DNA of 64,000 nt from an uncultured Planctomycetota bacterium (GTDB taxonomy: Bacteria; Planctomycetota; Planctomycetia; Gemmatales; Gemmataceae): assembly GCA_963849325.1 (NCBI GenBank), contig CAWKHF010000005.1, positions 608,001-672,000 of the forward strand. Direction: 5' to 3'. This document shows, in pieces, positions 54,711-64,000 of this stretch. Numbering within the stretch: the first letter of the stretch is position 1; every line of letters starts with the position of its first letter. The notes beneath the pieces are model-generated. The model was not told the origin of the DNA, did no database searches, and was given only the letters and a program-made list of their open reading frames with translations. The position numbers and the translations under genes were made by a program.

Positions 54711-55414
54711 ATGGCGGTGACGAAGCGAGGACAACTCGTTCCGCAAGCGCACGGCAGCGAGGAAGAGCAATGGCTCGTGTGCTGCAATCCCGAGCGGATG
54801 CTGGCGACCCTGGCGTTGCGGACGAGCGAGCGGAAGTTGCGTCTGCTCGCTTGTAGCTGGGTGCGACTGCTGGGCGACTTGTTGACGCGGCGCGGCCAAA
54901 GCGCCCTGGAAGTCACCGAGAAATGTGCCGACCAGGAGGCGACGGCCGAGGACCTGGCCCGCGCAAGGCTCGAGTGACGGAGGTGGGGCGACGGAGCCCC
55001 GCGAAAGCCGCCGCCGCCTGGGCGGTTTTCTTCGCCGCCGGAAATGTCCGCGTCGATCTGGGCGATTGCCTGAAAAGCGTTCGCCTGGCGGCCGAGCGCC
55101 AGGGACGCCTCGGCGAAACCGACCTCGCCCTTTGTCAGCGCGTTCGAGACGTGCTGGGCAATCCGTTCCGTTCTCATGCGGTTGGTCCCACTTGGCGGAC
55201 GTGGAAAGGCCATCATCTCGCCACCCTCGCTCGGGCCGCCTATGACAACCGCCGCCTGACCGCCGGCACTCTGGACAACGCCCGCCTGGCGGAGATCGCC
55301 GAGGCGTTGACGGAGGCCGGCTGCACCGACGCCGACCTGCTCGAGCACTGTCGCCGACCCGGCGAGCACGTGCGCGGCTGCTGGGTGCTCGACCTGCTCC
55401 TGGGCCAATCGTAG
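54711..55414 (+). CDS. Gemmataceae-type expanded hypothetical protein family (HVRGCW tail); frameshift near 54975
   Basis: ERKLRLLAC...RDVLGNPFR...AEALTEAGC...HCRRPGEHVRGCWVLDLLLG. Confidence 0.65.
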
Positions 55415-55486
55415 CCGGACATATCTTCTCCACGAATTGCTTGAATCCAGCCGCTCCCTCGCGGCATCCAATTGCGCCGATCCAAA

Positions 55487-55576
55487 GAGCCACTAACAGA
55501 ATGTGGCGGCACGTTTTCAACGTGCCGGGAAAGTTCGGCACGTTTTCAACGTGCCGCCACATTCTGTTAGTGGCTC
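55487..55576. mobile_element. MITE-like palindromic element (GAGCCACTAAC...GTTAGTGGCTC) with GGCACGTTTTCAACGTGCC core
   Basis: Perfect terminal arms; core as at 13450, left end as at 61604. Confidence 0.65.
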
Positions 55577-55675
55577 AAAGGAGTTGTTTCCCACCAGCCC
55601 GAAGCGCCAGCGACGGGTTTTCCGCCCGTCGCTCGCGCTTCGGGCTACTCGGTTTGAAAACCTCGGCAGGTCCGT

Positions 55676-57506
<1,831 letters not shown>

Positions 57507-57707
57507 GCGTCTGTCCGAAAAGCCCCTCTCCCCCGCTTCGGGGGAGAGGGGTTGGGGGTGAGGGGGCGCTCTTTCTCCCCTCTCCCCCGCTTCGGGGGAG
57601 AGGGGTTGGGGGTGAGGGGGCGAGAAACTCGCGGAAAACGCACCCCCTCACCCCCAACCCCTCTCCCCCGGAGTACCGGGGGAGAGGGGGAATTACGGCA
57701 CAGACTC
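57507..57707. repeat. MITE/REP-like element: GCGTCTGTCCG...CGGCACAGACTC ends around a duplicated CCCCTCTCCCCC core
   Basis: Related to 2387-2530. Confidence 0.8.
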
Positions 57708-57756
57708 GGAGCGGGCGCGGCCGGTTGTTTCTCGTTTCGCGGAGGAGGAACGCCGC

Positions 57757-58419
57757 ATGGGAGGCTTGTTGGATTGGGCTGTCCGTCCGATCCGGGAAGA
57801 CGACGCGGCGGAGGTCGCCCGTCTCCACGCCCGGTTCTTCTCCGAGTATTTTCTCGGGCATCTGGGGAGAGACTTCCTCACCTGTTATTACGCCCAGTTC
57901 TCCTCCAGACCGGGCTACGGCTACGTGGCGGAAAGGGCCGGCCGGATCATTGGCTATGTCATCGGGACGCCGTCCACCCGGCTTGTCAACCAGCGCTTTT
58001 ACCGCCGGCATTTCGCGCGCCTGGCCTGGATTGTCCTGTGCCGCTGCGTGGCGGATGGCTACGTCCGCCGCGAGGTCGCGTCCCGCGTGATCGCCCCCGG
58101 TCTGCGGCGCCTTTGGCGATCGGTGCGTTCGCTCCTTCTCCGTCGCCCCGTCGTATCGACGCCCTCCGTTTCCACGATCCCCGTCCGTCTGCTCTCCATC
58201 GGCGTCGATCCGGACTTCCGCGGTCAGGGAGTGGCCGACGCGCTCAGCCGCCACTTCAACGACGCGCTGGCCCTCGACGGGTATGACGAGGTTGGCCTGG
58301 CGGTGATGAAGCGCAACGCCCGAGCCATCGGCTTCTACGAGAGGGACGGTTGGAAGTTCGAGGGCGAGACCGAACATTGGGCCTACTTTGCGCGGCCCAC
58401 ACGCGAGGCGTATTCCTGA
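57757..58419 (+). CDS. GNAT acetyltransferase
   Basis: LLSIGVDPDFRGQGVA, NARAIGFYERDGW. Confidence 0.88.
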   Translation: MGGLLDWAVRPIREDDAAEVARLHARFFSEYFLGHLGRDFLTCYYAQFSSRPGYGYVAERAGRIIGYVIGTPSTRLVNQRFYRRHFARLAWIVLCRCVADGYVRREVASRVIAPGLRRLWRSVRSLLLRRPVVSTPSVSTIPVRLLSIGVDPDFRGQGVADALSRHFNDALALDGYDEVGLAVMKRNARAIGFYERDGWKFEGETEHWAYFARPTREAYS

Positions 58420-58426
58420 GGAACCC

Positions 58427-60417
58427 ATGCTCACGAGTTTGGCCGAGAAGGTCCGGCAGGCGGCCGACGCTTCCGAGTTGCTGCGCCGGACGATGTCGGT
58501 TCGTGCCGACGGCGGGTTGTCCGCGGCCCTGGGCAATGTCGTCGTCCGGCCGCTGCGGCCGGAGGAGCGGCGCCGTCTCCGCCAGAACGGCAATCGCGCC
58601 GACGACTGGGACCGGGTCCGCGTGGCCGAAGGCTTCGACCCCGCTCGCGTTCATCGCTCCTCTTTCGCTGGGGACGTCGTCCTCGGTCGATTCCGCGGGC
58701 GCGTTGAGGTGGCGCCGGACGTCGAACTGCCGGCGAGCATCGACAACAGCACGGTGGTGGATGCGGTGATCGGCCATGACGCGCTGGTCCGCGACGTGAG
58801 GTTGCTGTCCGGGTACGTGGTGGCCGGCGGGGCGGTGTTGTTCGACTGCGGCCGTATCACCTGCCGGCGGGGATGTGCGTTCGGCAACGGCATGGCGGTG
58901 CGCGTCGGGCCGGAGGTCGGCGGCCGCGACATCCTTGTGTACGCCGAAATCGACTTGGACATCGCGGCCATCGTCGCTCGACCGGGATTTCACCGCGATC
59001 AACTCGGAGCGTATGCGGCCGCCGTCGCCGACTACCAGGCGCGAGCTTTTTCGGATCGGGGCATCATCGCCGAAGAGGCGCGAATCTGCCACACCGTCGA
59101 GGTCCAGGACAGCTTCGTGGGATGTCATGCCCGCGTGGAAGGCGCCACGTCGGTTCGGGACAGCACGCTCCTGAGCGACGCCGAGGAAGAGGTGCGGGTC
59201 GAGTCGGGGTCCTGCGTCCGTTCGTCGCTGCTTCAGTGGGGCGCGCGGGTGGATCAACTCGCCCTGGTGGAGCGCTCGGTCCTGCTGGAACATTCGCACG
59301 TCGAGCGGCACGGCAAGGTCCGCGACAGCATCCTTGGACCCAACAGCGGCGTCGCCGAGGGCGAAGTGACCTCGTGCCTGCTGGGGCCGCACGTCCTCGC
59401 CCATCACCAATCTCTGTTGATCTCGACCCTGTGGCCCGGCGGTCGCGGCAATGTGGGGGCCGGCGCCAACGTCGGCTCGAACCACACCTCCCGCGCGCCC
59501 GACCAGGAGTTCTCGGCGGGCGAGGGTCTATTCCTGGGTTTGGGGGTCAACGTCAAATTCCCCTGCGATTTCAGCCGAGCGCCGTATACTGTCGTGGCCT
59601 GCGGCCTGACGCTGCCGCCGCAGAAGGTGACGTTCCCCTTTTCCCTCCTTTTGGACCCTGGCGTCTCTCATCCGGAGAGGACTCCTACCCCCACCGAGAT
59701 CGTGCCGGCCTGGGTGCTCCGCGAAAACCCGTTCGCCCTCCAGCGCAATGAGAGGAAATATCGGGCACGCCACAAGGGCCGGCGATCCGTCTGCGACCTG
59801 ACCATTTTTCGGCCCGAGATCGTGGACCTGATGCGCGCCGCCTGCCGGCGGCTGGAAACGATCGACGCGCCGAAGCCCTGGTATACGGAACACGACATCG
59901 ACGGACTGGGCAAGTCGTTCCTGCGCGAAGCCCACCGCCAAGGCGCCATCGACGCCTATCGGCTGTATCTGCGGTATTACGCGCTGCTCGCACTCCAAAG
60001 GCGAGCCGTGGCCGCCTCGTGCGGATGGACAAGGTTGGAGGACCGACTGCTCGCCGCTCCCTCCGGCGATCCGGCCTGGGAGCACGCACGGCGGATTCTC
60101 GTTGAGGAGCTTGGCGTTCGGGAGGTGTGCGCGGGTCTGCGGCAGTTGCCGGCCGTCCTCGAAGAGATCGCTTCGGGCGTCGAGCGCTCGCGGCGCGCGA
60201 CGACATCCGCGGCATCCGCGTGATCGACGACTATGCGGAAGTCCACGGCCCGGCCGCCGACGACGAAGGTGTGCGCCAGACGTGGGAAGAGACACGCCGG
60301 TTACAAGCAGAGGTCGAAAAGTTGATCGCGCTCGCCGAGGTGGACACTCGTTGCCCACTAGCCCGGAGCGCTAGCGACGGGTTGACACAACCTGTCGCTG
60401 GCGCTCCGGGCTTGTAG
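58427..60417 (+). CDS. DUF4954-family protein (left-handed beta-helix, GlmU-like repeats); frameshift near 60195, end approximate
   Basis: LRQNGNRADDW, HHQSLLIS, GANVGSNHTSRAPDQE, RNERKY, GIRVIDDY. Confidence 0.78.
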
Positions 60418-60530
60418 GCTTGTAGTTTATTCGTTCGTGGTGGACAGACACGGCCGAGGGAATTGCCGAATCTCCCGCGCTCCCCCGGCATCCAAAGAGA
60501 CATGATTTTGCGGATCACGAGGCGAGAGCA

Positions 60531-61613
60531 ATGAACTCCTCCGATGGAACTGCTGTCCAGGTCCATTGGATTGAGGACGAACCTTCCCTTCTCGCTCTCA
60601 AACCTCGCTGGGATGCCGCCTGGGACGGGTCGCGGCAGCGCTGGCCTTCCACCACCTGGACGTGGTGCGCCTCCTGGTGGCGACACCTGCGCGACGGCCG
60701 CTCGCTCGCTGTCTTCGAGGTGAGCCGAGACGGACGTTGCCTGGGCATGGCGCCCTTCAGCGCGGAAGGTCGCGGCTTCCGCGGCGTCCGGACCTTTGCC
60801 ATCGCCGGCACCGGCATCGTCGATTATGCGGACTTCACCTGCCTGGCCGGAGAGGAAGAAGCGGTCGCGGCCGCCATCGCGCGGCATCTGACGGAGGCCG
60901 ATTGGTGGGACACCTTGCTCCTGGATCGCTTGCTCTGGCCCAAGGAGCGGATCGAAGCCTGGTTGTCGCCTTTCGTGGAACGCGGACACCGAGTGGATAC
61001 GGCCCCGTCCTTGGCGGCCTGGCATACGACCCTGCAACCCACCTGGGACGCTTTCTTTGCCGGATTGGGGCGCCGCTGGCGCGAGCGGGTTCGCCGGGAT
61101 GAGCGACAATTCAGTACACAGGTTCCCCTTATCCGCGAGCCGGACACGATCGACGAGGCGCGATCCATCCTGAACCGTCTGTATCGATTTCGGGCCGGTG
61201 TCGGCTTGTCGGAAGAGTTGCCCGCGAACGTCGTGCGCCACGATCGCTTTCATTCCGCCGTGTTGCCGGACCTGATGGCCGCCGGCCTCGCTCACGTGAC
61301 GGGCCTCCAGGTCGGCGACACCCTCATCGCCGCCCATTATGGTTTCCGCTACGGCGATTCCTTCCTGTGGTATCTTCCGGGTTACTCCCGGGAGTGGCGA
61401 GACTTCAGCCCTGGCCGGGCCGTCCTGGTGCATTGCATCAAGACGGCGATCCAGGGCAAGCTCTCCATCTTCGATTTTGGCGTGGGGGAGGAGGACTACA
61501 AGGGCCATTGGTCCGCACAACAAGTCCCGACCCGGAAGGTCCGTATTCAGTCGCACCGCGTTGGGCCGAGAGTTCGTCTTTGGCTGGGGAGATGCCTGGG
61601 TAAGAGCCACTAA
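60531..61613 (+). CDS. CelD/BcsL-type GNAT acetyltransferase
   Basis: DYADF, IAAHYGF, FSPGRAVL, FDFGVGEEDYK. Confidence 0.85.
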   Translation: MNSSDGTAVQVHWIEDEPSLLALKPRWDAAWDGSRQRWPSTTWTWCASWWRHLRDGRSLAVFEVSRDGRCLGMAPFSAEGRGFRGVRTFAIAGTGIVDYADFTCLAGEEEAVAAAIARHLTEADWWDTLLLDRLLWPKERIEAWLSPFVERGHRVDTAPSLAAWHTTLQPTWDAFFAGLGRRWRERVRRDERQFSTQVPLIREPDTIDEARSILNRLYRFRAGVGLSEELPANVVRHDRFHSAVLPDLMAAGLAHVTGLQVGDTLIAAHYGFRYGDSFLWYLPGYSREWRDFSPGRAVLVHCIKTAIQGKLSIFDFGVGEEDYKGHWSAQQVPTRKVRIQSHRVGPRVRLWLGRCLGKSH

Positions 61614-61734
61614 CCAAATACATTTTGACCACGGATAACACGGATGAAACGGATAAAGACAACCAGAACGCTTCTTGCGTTTTATCCGTTTTATCCGTGT
61701 TATCCGTGGTCAAAATGTATTTGATTCGTGTCTC
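61604..61734. mobile_element. MITE-like element with a GAGCCACTAAC left end around a family-D core
   Basis: TAA-GAGCCACTAACCAAATACATTTTGACCACGG...CCGTGGTCAAAATGTATTTG..CTC-TTA. Confidence 0.6.
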
Positions 61735-61782
61735 TTACGGTGCGGGATCGGAAGGGTTTTGTCCGTTTGCGAGAAGACAGCA

Positions 61783-62997
61783 ATGGCAGTGACGCAAGCA
61801 CGGAATGAAGATACGGACACCACGGCCTCGAACCGCAAAGAAGTGGCCGGAGTGTACCGCGCCGACAAGGGCCCAATGACGATTACCGTCGTCGAAGACC
61901 CCGCGGCCCTGTCCGAGTACGCGACGGCCTGGCAGGCACTCGCCCAGGAAGCGATCGAGCCGAATGTTTACTATGAGCCCTGGATGCTTCTGCCCGCCGT
62001 GCGGTTCCTGACGGCGGAAAAGCCGCCGCTGTTTGTTCTCGTCTTCCGGACGAAAACCGACGACCCCGAAGGACAGCCCTCGCTGTGTGGTCTGTTCCCC
62101 CTGGAGAGGGGGAGGCGCTTCCTGGGGCTGCCGGTCAACGTCCTCAATCTCTTTTCGCACTCCCATTGCTATTTGCGCACACCCTTGCTCCGACGGGGGT
62201 ACGCCCGGGAGACCCTGGCCGCGTTCTTTGAATGGGCGGCATCGGACACGCAGGGAGCAGCCGTCCTCAACCTGGCAAGGGTTTCGGGCGACGGGCCGTT
62301 CTATCATGCGCTCCTGGATTTCCTCCACGAGCGCTCGTCGGGGGCCGTCGTGACCGAGGCCTACACCCGAGCGTTTCTCCTGCCCGAGCGGGATGCCGAG
62401 ACGTACATTCAGCACGCCCTCTCCGGCAAACATCGTCGGCAAAATCGCCGACTCGAAAGACAGCTGCAAGAACGGGGAGAACTTCGCTACGCGCAGCTCG
62501 AATCGGAGTCGGAACTGGACGGCTGGCTGAACTCGTTTCTGGACCTGGAGGCGAGGGGATGGAAGGGCAAGGCCGGCACCGCTCTCGCCTGCGACGACAA
62601 GCATCGACTGTTTTTCGTGACCGCCGCCACCGAGGCGTTCCGCCGAGGCCAGCTCCTGTTTTTCGCCTTGCAACTCGACGGCCGGCCTATCGCCATGGAT
62701 TGCAATTTCCGCTCGGGAATAGGCGGCTTCTCGTTCAAACCAGCGTTTGACGAGAGCTTTTCTCCCTATTCTCCCGGTGTACTGCTCTACCTGGAAGAAG
62801 TTCGCCGCTTCCATGAGATGGAAGGGTTGCGATGGGTCGATAGTTGTACGGACCCCAACAACGAGCTGTTGAATCGATTGTGGTGCCAGCGCCGAATCGT
62901 GACCTCGCTTCTGGTTTCCAGTGGTCGTCGCACGGGCGATTTTCTGCTCGCCCTGCGGCCGCTCCGCGAATGGCTCGGTCGCCGATGGCGTCGTTGA
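61783..62997 (+). CDS. CelD/BcsL-type GNAT acetyltransferase
   Basis: EPNVYYEP, LEARGWKGKAG, FKPAFDE..YSPGVLL, DSCTDP. Confidence 0.85.
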   Translation: MAVTQARNEDTDTTASNRKEVAGVYRADKGPMTITVVEDPAALSEYATAWQALAQEAIEPNVYYEPWMLLPAVRFLTAEKPPLFVLVFRTKTDDPEGQPSLCGLFPLERGRRFLGLPVNVLNLFSHSHCYLRTPLLRRGYARETLAAFFEWAASDTQGAAVLNLARVSGDGPFYHALLDFLHERSSGAVVTEAYTRAFLLPERDAETYIQHALSGKHRRQNRRLERQLQERGELRYAQLESESELDGWLNSFLDLEARGWKGKAGTALACDDKHRLFFVTAATEAFRRGQLLFFALQLDGRPIAMDCNFRSGIGGFSFKPAFDESFSPYSPGVLLYLEEVRRFHEMEGLRWVDSCTDPNNELLNRLWCQRRIVTSLLVSSGRRTGDFLLALRPLREWLGRRWRR

Positions 62998-63046
62998 GCC
63001 GCGACGCGCGGCGGAGCGCGCTCCGCCGCGCGTCGCGGCTCAACGA
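62991..63046. repeat. REP-like palindrome family A variant; contains the GNAT stop
   Basis: ttgagccgcgacgcgcggcggagcgcgctccgccgcgcgtcgcggctcaa. Confidence 0.85.
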
Positions 63047-63051
63047 ATGTT

Positions 63052-63591
63052 TTAGCGCGGGTAAAGCTGCGAGGAGGAGCCGGACGGGTTCGCCACCGGA
63101 GAAATGCCGGGGGCAAGCCCGGACGTACTGATGCCGCCCAGGCCCGTTGACGTCATGCCGCCGAGGAATCGCGCCGGGGATAACATCATTCCCCGGTTCG
63201 TGAAGTTCTGTTGCGCCGCCAACGTTCCCAGGCCGGCACCTCCGGCGGTGGCGGGGGGACGATAGTAGTGAGAGTAATTCCCGAACATGACGGGATGACC
63301 TGTCGTCACGGGGCCGCTGCCGACCGAACCTCCCGTCGTCACCGACTGTACCAGACCCATCTGGTTCTGCTGCAGATTGGAGATGGAGGACTGAAATTGC
63401 ATCTGCGGCTGGACCAGGCCGTAGTAGTTGATGCCGGGCAGGGTGCCCGGCCGCGCCAGATTGAGATACGGACTGACGGCCGGTCCCGCCGGGTTCTGGC
63501 CGCCGATGGTCTGGGCCAGGGCCGGACTGCTTCCACCGGCCGCGATCAGCACCAGCGCGGTCCACCCATGTCGAAACGTTGTCCTCGTCAT
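63052..63591 (-). CDS. Secreted hypothetical protein
   Basis: Signal peptide; PAVSPYLNL..NYYGLVQPQ..TGHPVMF. Confidence 0.7.
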   Translation of the reverse strand: MTRTTFRHGWTALVLIAAGGSSPALAQTIGGQNPAGPAVSPYLNLARPGTLPGINYYGLVQPQMQFQSSISNLQQNQMGLVQSVTTGGSVGSGPVTTGHPVMFGNYSHYYRPPATAGGAGLGTLAAQQNFTNRGMMLSPARFLGGMTSTGLGGISTSGLAPGISPVANPSGSSSQLYPR

Positions 63592-63702
63592 GGCGTCTCC
63601 TCTCCTTCGGGTAGAGGGTTCCCCGAAGGAGCCCCATCCACGGCCGTTCGACGATCCTCCGACACCCAACCGATCTATTATACTCGCGCCGGCGATCCGC
63701 AA

Positions 63703-64000
63703 TCAACGATTCGTCCCGACGATGGTGCCGCCCGAGGTTACGACGCCCGTGGCGCTGCCGGTGCGGGAGAGGACGCCGATCTGCTGAATGCTCTGCACCG
63801 TCGTGGCCCCCAGCAGGGTCAGGCCGAAGATCCGTTCGATCGGGGCAAACGCCTTGGCCAAGGCGTTGTTGGTGCGGATGAGTTCTTGCGACTGGATGAA
63901 GACGCGATCGCCCGGCAAGAGCTGGTAATTCGTCGCCGACGAGCCGCCCTCGGTAAGGCAGACCCAATCGACGGGCAGGACGTTTTGGCCGCACGGCTTG
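63703..64000 (-). CDS. Polysaccharide biosynthesis/export (Wza-like) protein, C-terminal part; starts outside the window
   Basis: VLPVDW..TNYQLLPGDRVFI...APIERIFG. Confidence 0.7.
   Translation of the reverse strand, partial: KPCGQNVLPVDWVCLTEGGSSATNYQLLPGDRVFIQSQELIRTNNALAKAFAPIERIFGLTLLGATTVQSIQQIGVLSRTGSATGVVTSGGTIVGTNR

Noticed and set aside
55415-55675. glmS ribozyme upstream of glmS
   Set aside because: The leader is accounted for by two dispersed palindromic repeats, and no ribozyme consensus was recognised.
57507-57707. Repeat clusters (also 2387-2530, 25088-25166) as CRISPR arrays
   Set aside because: There is no regular repeat-spacer periodicity and no cas genes.

Overview
This is a GC-rich bacterial chromosome segment, very probably Planctomycetota (Gemmataceae-like). 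The lineage call rests on three DUF1559 prepilin-type genes, PQQ-like beta-propellers, a sulfatase, HEAT/LRR proteins and dense palindromic intergenic repeats. Many otherwise intact genes, including recG and glmS, are split by single-base frameshifts. That pattern looks like uncorrected long-read indels, so coordinates of split genes are reconstructed by eye. Most of the window is housekeeping or metabolic: TPP enzyme, Mo-oxidoreductases, bicupin, accD, kinase, mug, skp-like, recG, TetR-MFP-2xRND, FAD/Fe-S oxidase, ECF sigma, glmS-DUF4954-GNAT cluster. The most notable part is a defence hotspot at about 17.5-21.0 kb. There a lower-GC Pycsar-like operon (class III nucleotide cyclase plus DUF5706-type membrane effector) lies between two diverged copies of the 3' end of a type IIG restriction-modification gene. 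The RM gene has lost its middle, and a string of toxin-antitoxin genes follows in which two toxins survive only as stubs. A second lower-GC two-gene cassette (ART-like/DUF3990-like plus an unknown protein) follows recG. Five MITE-like elements appear modular, with two terminal-repeat types combined with three different REP-like cores. No rRNA, tRNA, CRISPR array, integrase or transposase was recognised.
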